Source: Desulfobacterales bacterium
GTDB lineage: Bacteria; Desulfobacterota; Desulfobacteria; Desulfobacterales; UBA2174
Direction: 5' to 3'
Length of the DNA: 64,000 nt
Assembly: GCA_963668645.2 (NCBI GenBank)
Contig: CAXXWC010000018.1
Coordinates: forward strand, 558,860 to 622,859
Below the pieces are notes generated by a model, which saw only the letters and a list, made by a program, of their open reading frames with translations, made no database searches and was not told the DNA's origin. This document shows positions 26,682 to 36,864 of the stretch, piece by piece. How positions within the stretch are numbered: position 1 is the stretch's first letter; the number at the start of each line of letters is the position of its first letter. A program made the position numbers and the translations under genes.

Positions 26682-27120
26682 ATGAACGACCCCAGGGACC
26701 GGCAAGAATCCGGATTCCGTCTGCCCCTTCCGATGCGGGAGGAATTGGATGGATATGGAAAATCGGTTTATGACCGGCTGACGGATCCCGCCAGCCGGCT
26801 CGTGGCCGGCTTGCGGGGCCCTGCCGGGATACGGCTGCACAGCCCCAGGCTGGCGGAGATTTCCAATTAATTCAACCATTTTCTCAGGTATCAGACCGGG
26901 TTGGCTGGCGCCGTGCGGGAACTGGCGATTCTGGTGACGGCCCGTGAGATGAACAGCCAGTTCGAATGGGCCGCCCACGAGCGGCTGGGCCTGAAAGAGG
27001 GCCTCTCGCAGGCGGTTATCGATATCGTGAAATACCGAAAGGGCCTTGAGGGGCTTTGCGAAACCGAAGCGGTCGTCGTCCGGCTCGGCCCCCAGATGTT
27101 TGGCCACAACAGCGTGGATC
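26682..27120 (+). pseudogene. Carboxymuconolactone decarboxylase-family gene with in-frame stop, 3' truncated
   Basis: GFRLPLP...GPAGIRLHSP..., TAA at 26868-26870, same frame resumes RELAILVTAREMNSQFEWAAHE. Confidence 0.75.
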
Positions 27121-27393
27121 GGTACCTTCCTGACCGGCTATGGCGTGGCCGTCCTGACCCTGTTCGGCCCCATGCAGATCGGTGCGGCGGCCATTTGCGG
27201 CATACCGGCCACATGGCTGGCGGCCGCTTTATCCGTGGGCGCATCCCTCGGCTCCATTTCCTCGCCTTTCAAGATCACTCTGGCCACCGTGATGTGTGGC
27301 GCCATCGGCCGGGAGGGCGCCATTTTGCGGCTCACCATTCCGCTCGGCCTGGGCGCTTCGCTGGTGATCGGCCTCATTCTATCCTTGCTCTGA
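27110..27393 (+). pseudogene. C-terminal fragment of an L-lactate permease-like transporter
   Basis: WIGTFLTG...LFGPMQ...GASLGSISSPFKI...GREGAILRLTI. Confidence 0.6.
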
Positions 27394-27699
27394 CGCCTGC
27401 GGTCGCTTTGCAGTCCGCGGATCAACGGCGTTTCAGGCCGCCATGGAGGCCTTGCGCAACCACCGCTGGCCGTATGCGCTGAGCGCTCGCCTCTTGTTCC
27501 ATCAGCTGCGGCAGACCTAAAAAATTGCTTGTGCATGATCAGAGAGAGGATATAAACAATAAAGACAACCCCGCGTATCCACACTCTATTCGAATCATAG
27601 CAGAAGATCAGGGCTGTACCGCTGGTCTGAACCGAACAACCAGGTGCGTCCGATGCAGCCTTTCCATTTATGCGGATTACATCCGGTTGGGAAGCACCC

Positions 27700-30196
27700 T
27701 GAGTCAGGAGGCGGCGCCCACGGTGTTTCTATCTGCGCTTCTACCCGCTCCTGATCCGGGAGACATGTTGAATCTGGGCACCACCGATGGAACGGACATG
27801 ACGGTGGACGGGGCTGCCCTCAGCGGTGAGGTGGATGCCTGGCCGCTGGCCGGATGTTTTTATACCACCCTCCGGAACGCGAACTTCCGGAATTTCCCGC
27901 GCCACGGCATCTATCTTTCAGCAGGGGCGACCGGCAACCTGACCTACGACGTGAGGATCGAGAACTGCGGCGGCACCGGCGTTTTTTTCGATCAGAACGC
28001 CGTTAACAATATCCTCAAGGATACGAAGGTGACGGGCAGCGGCCTCAATGGTCTGCACATGACCGGTGAAGCGGTCAAATTCAATGATCTGCGCAAAGAT
28101 TCGGCAAGCTCTTTCAGCGACAACGCCCGGTACGGCGTTCTGATCGAAGACGGGGCGAGCTGTAACCTGGTCTGCCCGGGCCGTGTGGTCAACAACCGAC
28201 TGGAAGGGGTGATGATCCGGGGCGAAGACACCGACTCCAACGTCATCGGCCGCAATTCCCTCGTGGTGCCCGCGAGTTCGGAAGCCTACGCCAACGGGGC
28301 AGAAAACGGCGGTGCGGGCATTTGCCTGGGCCCCGGGATGGATCACACCCTGATCCGCTACGCTCATGTGGCGGGAAACGCGGGGGACGGTATCCTGCTA
28401 GAGGGGCCGGGCTGCGCTTACAACCAAATCCAGAGCGTTTCCACCGGGCTCGATCTTTCCAGCAAGCAGAGTCCGATTGCTTCTCCCAACGGTGCCAACG
28501 GCATCCATCTCAAAGACGGGGACGAACACAATCTGATCGGAGGGCGCCTGGGAGGGATGTTTGGCTGGCGCAATGCGATCGCCGGAAACAGTGAAAACGG
28601 CATTCTCATCGAGGGCGCTCCAGCTACAATACCATCAACCAGAGCCATATCGGTTCCACCGCGCCGGCGTTGTATGTGCAGAATCCCTATATTCCGAACG
28701 GCCAGAACGGGATCGTCCTTCGCGGCGGCACGCACCACAACATCATCGGCGATCGGCACGAGTGGCTCGACAACCATCTGGTGGCCCACGCGAACGGGGC
28801 CGGGATTCTCATCTTCCTTCAGAGGCCTATTACGAGGGGATTTTCGCCTTCTTTTCGGCCAACGCGATTTCCAAGTAAAGGATTCCTCGGGCAATGCGAT
28901 CGGGGATGCCGGCTGGTGGGCGGGCAACGAGGTGGTGGACAACCACAGCGGAGGGATCCTGGTGACCGGCACGGACAGCTTCAACAACAAGGTCCAGGGA
29001 AATTATGTGGGGGTGGACAGGAGGGCAAGGCCCAATCTGAATCTTGGGAACAACGGCCCCGGGGTCCGGCTCGATCTGGGGGCGGCCGGCAACCTGATCG
29101 GAGGAGAGGGGCGCCGGGACGATTCTGAGGTTCCCGGCGCCGAACGCCATCGCGGGCAACGTCGGCCCGGGGGGCCTGGTGGATGGGGCCGGCACTCTGG
29201 GCAACACCATTTCCTACAACAGCATCACCAACAACGGCGCAAAGGGCATCGAACTGAGCAACGGGAGCAACAACGGCATCGAGCCGCCGACGATCGAGGG
29301 ATATGACGGTTTCAGCGCCTATGGCAGGGCCGATCCGGCCACGGCGCCGGCAGGCAGCACGGTGCAGGTTTTCTCGGACCCTGGCGGCGAGGGAGTGCAA
29401 TACCTGGGCGAGACAACGGTGCTTGCCGGAGGCACCTGGTCGGCGCCTGTTGCCAACCCCGTTTTTATGATGCTCACGGCCACGGTAACGGATCTTCAGG
29501 GGAGCACCTCGGAATTCGGCGGTTTCCTGGTGGATACGGGCGGGCTTTTCGTGGCCCGCACGGACGGCGGAACCGGATCGGAGACCGCGGGGGTGGAGAC
29601 GAGACAGGGACGGGTCGTCCTGGACCTGACCTTGACGCCCGTGAACACCGATGTGCTGGTGACGGAGATTGAATTCAAGGCCGAAGGGACCCTGGACGAC
29701 GCAACGCAAATCCTGGCTGTCCGCCTTTACGCGGACAGAGACGATACCGGTACGGTGACGGAGCTGGACGATCTGCTGGGGGGCGTGGACGGCCAGGGCT
29801 TCGACGCGGACGATGGCTCCCTGGTGGTGAGGCTGGAAAATGGCGCCCTGGCGAACGGCAGGCCCGAGCGGTGGCTGCTGGTACTGGATTTCGCAGGGGA
29901 GGTTCGCCTCGGCGCCTCTTTCCGCGTCAGCATCCCTTCTGCGAACGCCATTGCCGCAGGGGGCACATACCCCTTTGTCAAGGCCACGCTGGGGGGGTGA
30001 CTTTCCGCTCCGGTCGGACCAGTACGTCGTTCAGGCCACCATGGAAGATCTGATCCGCGTCCTTCAGCTTCTTTGCGGCCTGAATCCCGAGGGAATCGAA
30101 ATACTGGCCGATCTGAACGGGGACGGCAGGGTTGGACTGGCCGAGGCGATCGGCATACTCAAGGAGATTTCAGAGCCGGGGTATGCGATGGACTAA
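27700..30196 (+). pseudogene. Decayed beta-helix/dockerin secreted protein gene (several frameshifts, 5' end missing)
   Basis: N-x-I-G-G/IAGN beta-helix repeats distributed over ORFs 27525-29306, 28670-, 29179-30000 and 29840-30196; ends ADLNGDGRVGLAEAIGIL. Confidence 0.75.
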
Positions 30197-30310
30197 GCTG
30201 GGATATCGGCCTCAACGCACAGAAACATACGGCGCCGGCTGAACCGGGGAGTTTGCTTGACATGCCCGTGACGATGAAACATCATCATACTCTCGCAAGG
30301 AGGCGCAGCC

Positions 30311-30601
30311 ATGAAAAGGGCAAACGTTGCCATTTCGCTTGAAGAAGGTACAGTGCGCCGCTCGGACCAGCTCGTCAGTCAATTGATGTTTTCCAAGCGC
30401 AGCCAAGCCATTCCATCCGCTCTGGACGAAAAGCTGGAGCGTATGAAACCAAGCCGTCTTGCCCGTGAGCGCGCAACGCTGGATCCGGTCATGGAAAAGA
30501 GGCTGGCCGCAGAAGGCATGTCGGGCGAGCTGCCGGAATGGCCCGAATGCCGAGAAGTGGCATTCGTCCATGCACCGGCTTTGACCCGGCGAATCGGTTA
30601 A
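30311..30601 (+). CDS. Ribbon-helix-helix (CopG-like) antitoxin, orphan and possibly degenerate
   Basis: MKRANVAISL...RSQAI..AL.EKL..M...RLARE...E...AAEGM..EL.EWPE; AAGGAGG RBS. Confidence 0.6.
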   Translation: MKRANVAISLEEGTVRRSDQLVSQLMFSKRSQAIPSALDEKLERMKPSRLARERATLDPVMEKRLAAEGMSGELPEWPECREVAFVHAPALTRRIG

Positions 30602-30623
30602 CCAAAACATGGGAGGTGTTCTT

Positions 30624-31511
30624 GTGAACAGAGGATTTTTTATTTCCCGGGCCATTTTTGGCGTAATGTTAATCCTTGTTTTGGGTGCTTGTTCCTCTAC
30701 CGAGAAGGCTGTCAAGCCGGATGCCGGACCGCCGGCTGTTGAACTGTCATACCACTTTTCACCACCCGAACTGCCGCTGAAGAAGATTACAAACACGATC
30801 GGTATGGATTTCGTCTTTATCCCCCCGGGAGAGTTCGTTTTAGGGAGTCCACTCACGGAACCCGAGCGAAGGCCTGACGAGACGCCCCACGTCGTTGTAA
30901 TTTCCACTGGATATTACATTCAAACCACTGAAGTCACCCAGGGACAGTGGAAGCAACTGACAGGGGAAAACCCTTCGTATTTCAGCCAATGCGGGGAAAA
31001 CTGCCCTGTGGAAACCGTATCCTGGGAAGATGTTCAAAAATTTATCGACCTGTTGAATAGACGTGAAGGCCACAATAAATACCGTTTGCCCACGGAAGCT
31101 GAATGGGAATATGCTTGCCGCGCCGGGACGACGACGCCATTTTCATACGGCCAATGCCTGTCAACCGATCAAGCGAACTATAACGACCTGAATGACCAAA
31201 CGCAGTACAAGGGGTGTCCATGCACCAACGTCAAGCGGGGAAAGACGATACCCGTTGCGAGCTTGGCGTCGAATCCCTGGGGAATCTACGACATGCATGG
31301 CAACGTCTGGGAGTGGTGCCAGGACTGGATGGGGGAATATCCTGCGGGCGTGAGTATCGATCCTGCCGGGTCTTTTTCCGGAGAAAAAAGGATATACCGG
31401 GGCGGCGGGCAAAATGATAGAGCGGGGTATTGCCGTTCCGCATTACGCGGCCAGTTCATGCCTTACAGAAGAAGCGGGAGCCTGGGCTTCAGGCTGGTAA
31501 TGAATCCATAG
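30624..31511 (+). CDS. FGE-sulfatase (SUMF1) domain lipoprotein
   Basis: Lipobox LGAC; TEVTQGQW, RLPTEAEWEYACRAG, DMHGNVWEWC, GFRL. Confidence 0.92.
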   Translation: MNRGFFISRAIFGVMLILVLGACSSTEKAVKPDAGPPAVELSYHFSPPELPLKKITNTIGMDFVFIPPGEFVLGSPLTEPERRPDETPHVVVISTGYYIQTTEVTQGQWKQLTGENPSYFSQCGENCPVETVSWEDVQKFIDLLNRREGHNKYRLPTEAEWEYACRAGTTTPFSYGQCLSTDQANYNDLNDQTQYKGCPCTNVKRGKTIPVASLASNPWGIYDMHGNVWEWCQDWMGEYPAGVSIDPAGSFSGEKRIYRGGGQNDRAGYCRSALRGQFMPYRRSGSLGFRLVMNP

Positions 31512-31624
31512 AACCTGCCGCCCCAAAAGCAAGGCTTCGCGCAAACAAATAGGCTGTCGCCAATTTCGGCTCATTACCGGTTCGTGGTAACACCCATCCA
31601 TAAAAAATTTCCAAAGAGGGCGGA

Positions 31625-32695
31625 ATGAAAATACTGGCACTCAATTCCAGTCCCCGAAGCAAAGGCCGCAGCAAAACCGAACTGATGCTCCATCGTCTTG
31701 TCCAGGGCATGCGGGAGGCCGGCGCCGAGGTCGATGTCGTGAACCTGCGTGAAAAAAGCATTAAGAGCTGTATCGGTTGCTTTACGTGCTGGACCAGGAC
31801 TCCCGGCCGGTGCGTGCACAAGGACGATATGACCAGTGAACTGTTTGCCAAATGGATCGAATCGGACATCGTCGTCTATGCCACGCCGCTTTACTACCAT
31901 TTCATGAATGGCACCATGAGCACCTTCAGGGAGCGCACCCTTCCGGCTATCCAGCCCTTTTTCGAGATCAGTGATGGGAAAACCTACCACCCCTTGCGCC
32001 ACAGGATCCCGGCGGCGGTGTGGCTGTCGGTGTGCGGATTGCCGGACGAATCCGAGTTTGACCTGCTGTCGGACTATGTGAATCGCACGCGCCACAGCGA
32101 GGCGATACTTTTGGCCGAAATTTACCGGCCGGCGGCAGAGGTGTTGACCAATCCCCTGCTCGAGGAAAAGGCCGCCGGCATACTGGATGCTACAACCCAG
32201 GCAGGCAGAGAACTGGTCCAATCCAGGACGATCGCTCCTGAGACGATGGCGCGGATCCGGCAACCCCTTGTGGATTCTCAGACCTTTGCCGAAATGGGCA
32301 ACCTTTTTTGGAAGACCTGTATCGCCGAAGGCGTGACCCCAAAAGAATTTGCCGAAAGGAAGATGGTTCCGCGTCCGGACTCGATTGAAAACTTTATATT
32401 TCTTTTACCTTTCGGGCTCAATTCCGCTGCGGTTGGCGACAACATAGCGATATTACAGTTCATCTTTTCCGGCAGTATAACAGGTTCCTGCTATTTTACC
32501 ATTGAAAAACAGAACATTAAGGCCAGCACGGGGACCTGGGAGAGCCCTGACATTACGATCGAGACGCCCTTTGACGTGTGGATGGACATCATGGCCGGAA
32601 AAGCCGACGGCCAGCAGATGTTCATGGAACAAAAGTACAAGGTGGATGGTGACATCTCGTTGATGGTTCGATTGTTCCAAAAGAAACGGGTCTAG
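31625..32695 (+). CDS. Iron-sulfur flavoprotein/flavodoxin-like domain fused to SCP2 lipid-binding domain
   Basis: NSSPR, CIGCFTCW..TPGRC, ATPLY; C-terminal DGQQMFMEQKYKVDGD. Confidence 0.88.
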   Translation: MKILALNSSPRSKGRSKTELMLHRLVQGMREAGAEVDVVNLREKSIKSCIGCFTCWTRTPGRCVHKDDMTSELFAKWIESDIVVYATPLYYHFMNGTMSTFRERTLPAIQPFFEISDGKTYHPLRHRIPAAVWLSVCGLPDESEFDLLSDYVNRTRHSEAILLAEIYRPAAEVLTNPLLEEKAAGILDATTQAGRELVQSRTIAPETMARIRQPLVDSQTFAEMGNLFWKTCIAEGVTPKEFAERKMVPRPDSIENFIFLLPFGLNSAAVGDNIAILQFIFSGSITGSCYFTIEKQNIKASTGTWESPDITIETPFDVWMDIMAGKADGQQMFMEQKYKVDGDISLMVRLFQKKRV

Positions 32696-32780
32696 TCGCG
32701 GATATCCAGTTCATGAAGATCCGCTCGTGCCTCGCGGCCTGTAACCGTAACCTTCGCGGGGAAGGGGAAGCCATAACGAC

Positions 32781-32990
32781 ATGGGGAAAGACGAAAATAA
32801 ACAGTATGATCCACCGGTACCGGGCAGGGATGATGTCGCTTACACCATCGCACGTGCCGGGATATCCAGCATCCCTGTGGCCGGTGCGGCGGCCGCTGAA
32901 TTTTTCACGGCGTTGTTTGCCGCTCCTGTGGAAAGAAGACGTCAACGGTGGATGGAGGAAGTGGCCAAAGGTCTTCAGGATGGAACATAA
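32781..32990 (+). pseudogene. Probable N-terminal fragment of a hypothetical protein
   Basis: AGISSIPVAGAAAAEFF...PVERRRQRW; ends in a TAATG overlap with the next gene. Confidence 0.35.
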
Positions 32991-33538
32991 TGCATCGAAT
33001 CGTCGTGTCGGACATTTTTGGTAAAACCCCCGCCCTGGAACAACTGTGCAAGGCGGTAGGTGAAAATGTCGATATCATCGATCCGTATGCCGGAAAATAC
33101 ATGAATTTTGCGAACGAAGAGAACGCCTATGAATGGTTCGTGACAAAAATCGGTTTGGATGCCTATTGCGCGTTTTTACATGATAGGATAGAAAGGATAT
33201 CCTCACCTGCCACCCTGATTGGGTTCAGTGTCGGGGCCTCTGCTATTTGGCGGCTTTCCGGATCTTTGGGCCCTGAGAAGACAGTGCGTGCCATATGCTT
33301 TTACGGTTCACAGGTTCGGCACATGCTGGAGATAGATCCGCGCATTCCGGTGGAATATATACTGCCTGAATATGAGCCGGGTTTCAACGCCGGTGAATTG
33401 GCGGTCCATCTATCCAAAAAGAAAAATGTCATGCTACACAGAACTCCATATATGCATGGATTCATGAATGCGCTTTCAACAAATTACAGCAAGTCGGGTT
33501 ACACAACCTATATTGAATGGCTATCAGCCTCTGGGTAA
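32990..33538 (+). CDS. Dienelactone hydrolase-like alpha/beta hydrolase
   Basis: SDIFG, GFSVGA nucleophile elbow, FYGSQVR, HGFMN. Confidence 0.85.
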   Translation: MHRIVVSDIFGKTPALEQLCKAVGENVDIIDPYAGKYMNFANEENAYEWFVTKIGLDAYCAFLHDRIERISSPATLIGFSVGASAIWRLSGSLGPEKTVRAICFYGSQVRHMLEIDPRIPVEYILPEYEPGFNAGELAVHLSKKKNVMLHRTPYMHGFMNALSTNYSKSGYTTYIEWLSASG

Positions 33539-33811
33539 ACGAGTATCGGGCTGTCCGGCAAGGCGCGGCCGATTTCGCAAAGAGCCGCATATTCAAAACC
33601 ATGAGATAATTTTCGAAAAGGCCGCAAAGCCGCATGGCGGCCCGAGACGCTGTTTATCCACAGGCTGATATGTCAAGGCGCCAGTTAATGGACAAGTTCC
33701 GTTGTGACCCGCTTGTGCAGACGGGTGTTTTGCACGCGGGAGGATTCGTTCCAGAAGAATGGTGCAGCTCCGGTTTTCCAGAAAACGCAGTAAAACAAAA
33801 GGAGGGTAACC

Positions 33812-34162
33812 ATGAGAAAAAAGTCTAAGATTCTCGCTTCGCTAAAGTTGCGAACGGCTGCAATTATTATATTGGTATTTAGCACGATTCCGCAAGCTGT
33901 GGTTGCGGCACCCAAAATAGTAGACGTTGAAGGCGTGAGCTACAATGTGAACGCTTCTGTGGCAGATAACTTGAAGTCGTTTATCGGCGCGAATGTGTCG
34001 GTGACGACAGATGCCGGAAAGACCTTTTCCGGTTATGTCAAGGAAGTCGGGATTCATCTGATTCATTTGGAAAAACTGCAAGGGAAAGAGCATTTTGATG
34101 CGCTGATCCGTATTGATAATATCAGCGCGATAGAGGCCCGCTTCAGAGAATACCAGCGCTGA
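33812..34162 (+). CDS. Small exported hypothetical protein (Sm-like beta fold possible)
   Basis: AAGGAGG RBS, hydrophobic N-terminus, GKTFSGYVKEVG...IRIDNISAI. Confidence 0.7.
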   Translation: MRKKSKILASLKLRTAAIIILVFSTIPQAVVAAPKIVDVEGVSYNVNASVADNLKSFIGANVSVTTDAGKTFSGYVKEVGIHLIHLEKLQGKEHFDALIRIDNISAIEARFREYQR

Positions 34163-34324
34163 GAAAGAGGGATGTATTTTGTGTGGCGTATCGCCGTTTG
34201 GCGGGCTTCTTGCCAGGTTTAACAGCCCCTGGATAAAAAGCCGCTTCCTGCCGGACAGCCCGCTACGTGTTTCTACACGGGCTGTCCGGCGCCTGGAAGA
34301 GCAAATCCGGCAAAGAGGCGTGGA

Positions 34325-35254
34325 TCAAGCCGCTGCCGGGGACTGGACGTGAGCCTGCCACGCCGGGTCATTTTCCAGCAGCCGATCGATCTTGCCGACA
34401 AAACAACGGAAGACATCGTCCCTGGCTTGCTGCCATTTGACAAAGATGTCTTTGGAGACAAACCCCTCCCGGTGTGCGAGTTCCTGTAGGTGGTGGATCA
34501 GCAACGCCCCCTTAACCCCTTGGCTGCATGCCGCGATGCAGGAGCGGCAGTCAAGGCAGACCCAGAGGGCCGGTGAACGCAGCAGTTCCTCGATTTGCCC
34601 CAGATTGGCGAGCCTGAAAATTTTCAGCGGTTCGAAAAAGGCCGGCTCCTGGCCGACCGGGCATGCGCTGCTGCATTCGCGGCAGGTAAAGCAAGCGGAC
34701 AGGTCGGTTTTGGGGCCGCCAAATCGGCCCAGCTCCGCTTTGAGCGCCGCATTTTGTCCAGAATGGCTGCCCAGCCGGATGAGCGGCTTCACGGCATGCG
34801 GCAGTGGGGTGAAGCGCCACTCGTCCCAGGATTGGGCAACGTTTGGTGTCTTTCCCTGCAACACGGCGTTGGCCGCATGCCACAGGATTCGGGGCAGCCA
34901 GTCCATGATTTCCCGGCGTTGCTGCAGGAACGTCGGGCCCACGATCTGGCGGACCTCGGCCTCGCGGTGGAGATTTCTCAACAACGCGGAGGGCTTTACG
35001 AGCATGGGGCAAAGGTTCGAACAGCGGTTGCAGGCGATGCAGTGCCAGATTTCATTCATCGCCAGCATCGGTTCGTAAAGCCCCAACCGGGCGTGGTAGA
35101 CGATCTCATTGGGTCGCAGGCGACCGGTTGCCGTGCCCACTGGGCAAGCCGAGCTGCAAGTGCCGCAGGTGTAGCACCAGCGGCTGTTTTCGGCTTCGTC
35201 ATAGCGGCTTGCCCGGCTTTTGACCGTGTTGGGGTTCAAACTGACAGGGACCAT
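34325..35254 (-). CDS. Tandem HdrC-like 4Fe-4S dicluster protein
   Basis: CYTCGTCSSACP, WHCIACNRCSNLCP, CFTCRECSSACP, WVCLDCRSCIAACS. Confidence 0.85.
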   Translation of the reverse strand: MVPVSLNPNTVKSRASRYDEAENSRWCYTCGTCSSACPVGTATGRLRPNEIVYHARLGLYEPMLAMNEIWHCIACNRCSNLCPMLVKPSALLRNLHREAEVRQIVGPTFLQQRREIMDWLPRILWHAANAVLQGKTPNVAQSWDEWRFTPLPHAVKPLIRLGSHSGQNAALKAELGRFGGPKTDLSACFTCRECSSACPVGQEPAFFEPLKIFRLANLGQIEELLRSPALWVCLDCRSCIAACSQGVKGALLIHHLQELAHREGFVSKDIFVKWQQARDDVFRCFVGKIDRLLENDPAWQAHVQSPAAA

Positions 35255-35653
35255 GATTTCCTCTCAAAAAAGCGGCATCTCTGTACCGGTCGGGGTGTAG
35301 AAACGGCGGCCTGGGTAAAATTGAAGGCCGGGGTGTAGCACAAGGGCGTCGGATATCCCCTTGTTGAAGGGCGATGTGGCCGAAGGGGCATTTGAGGCCA
35401 TATCGGTGGGTGTACAGCACATCATTCTTCCAGTCAGTCCACCATCATTTCAGAAGCAAATTAATGACGAATGCCGCGATGGTCAAGGCGGGCCGGACTG
35501 CTTTTCGACCCGTTGAAAATTCGATGCGACGGTAGTGGCAACAGCAAAGCGCCGGGCGAAAATGAATCTTTTCAGCGATTCCGTTTTGATGAGGCCAGAG
35601 TCTATACTATAGTCGGATCGGTGGTGAACCGGCACGGACAAGAAAGGAAACCG

Positions 35654-36211
35654 ATGATGGAAATTTCAGAAGCCATTGCGAAACGGAAAAGTATCCGGGC
35701 GTACCAGGACCGGGAAGTCGGGGACGAAGATCTGGCCAGGATCGTCGAGGCGGGCCGCTGGGCCCCCAATGCGGGACCGTTTCAGCTCACGGTGATCAGA
35801 AATCCGGCCCTGCGCCAGCGCATCGATCAAAAGACCTATGAGGCGATGGCTCAATCAGGCAACGATTTTCTTCAACAGCGCGCGGCGCTTCCGGGCTACC
35901 GGCCTCTTTACGGGGCGCCGGTACTGATTTTGCTGTCCACACCGCGGCAAGCCCCTTTCGGCGCGCACAATGCCGCGCTGGCGGCCCAGAACATGATCCT
36001 GGCCGCCACCGGTCTGGGACTCGGCTCATGCTTTCTGATTTCCCCAACCATGGCGTTGAACGGAGACGCCAACGCCGAGTTGGCCGCGGCCGCGGGTCTG
36101 CCCGGGGACCACGAGGTCCGGTGCGCCATCATCGTGGGCCACGCCGCGGCTGAAAACAAGTTCAGCGCTACAGAGCGCATTGCCAAAGGGGTGGTGGTTC
36201 ATATCGACTGA
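35654..36211 (+). CDS. Nitroreductase family protein
   Basis: RKSIRAY, AGRWAP, AAQNMILAATGLGLGSC. Confidence 0.92.
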   Translation: MMEISEAIAKRKSIRAYQDREVGDEDLARIVEAGRWAPNAGPFQLTVIRNPALRQRIDQKTYEAMAQSGNDFLQQRAALPGYRPLYGAPVLILLSTPRQAPFGAHNAALAAQNMILAATGLGLGSCFLISPTMALNGDANAELAAAAGLPGDHEVRCAIIVGHAAAENKFSATERIAKGVVVHID

Positions 36212-36396
36212 CGGGAAAACGGGCGGCGCTTCGGCCTCCCATCTGCCCGGGATTTTTTTGCGACGGTCTTTGTGTACTCGGGCAACAGAAAAGCCACCTC
36301 AAGAAGGTATTTGCCTTTGAAGCGATGCGTTCAAGTGTAAAAGGGGAGGCGGTGGCGCGAGAGGGGACGTCTTGTCTTATAGACGGGGCGATACGT

Positions 36397-36864
36397 TTAA
36401 GATGAGCCGATTGCGGCGGCCAACAGGTAGCGGTAGCCGTAGTCGATCACCGGCTCTGACCGCTGATTGGACACCTGGCAGCGGATGGTGGCGAAGCCGC
36501 GCTCGGGTTTTGTCCGGGATCGTTTCAAATCGGTCCAGAAAGCCTCTATGGTCAGCGTATCGCCCGGCCGCACCGGGTTGTGCATCCGGACCTCTTCGAG
36601 GCCTACCCCGCTGATGATGGCCACATCCCCTTGGGCTTCGACCACGGATCGGGTGCAGGCCGAAAGTACGTGCAGGGAAGAGGCCACGATCCCGCCGAAT
36701 ACGGATCGTGAAGCCGCATCCGGGTCTGTGTGAAACGGCTGAGGGTCGAACCGGGCTGCAAAGCCGGTGATGTCATCCAGGTGGAAAACGACCGGCCGGC
36801 AGTCGAGTCTTTCGCCCTCGGCCAGGTTTTCGAAATACCGTTTGGCCATATGCCGTCCATTCAT
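36397..36864 (-). CDS. MaoC-like dehydratase (hotdog fold)
   Basis: YFENL, FDPQPFHTD, FGGIVASSLH, PVRPGDTL; ATGA overlap with the dsrP-like gene. Confidence 0.88.
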   Translation of the reverse strand: MNGRHMAKRYFENLAEGERLDCRPVVFHLDDITGFAARFDPQPFHTDPDAASRSVFGGIVASSLHVLSACTRSVVEAQGDVAIISGVGLEEVRMHNPVRPGDTLTIEAFWTDLKRSRTKPERGFATIRCQVSNQRSEPVIDYGYRYLLAAAIGSS

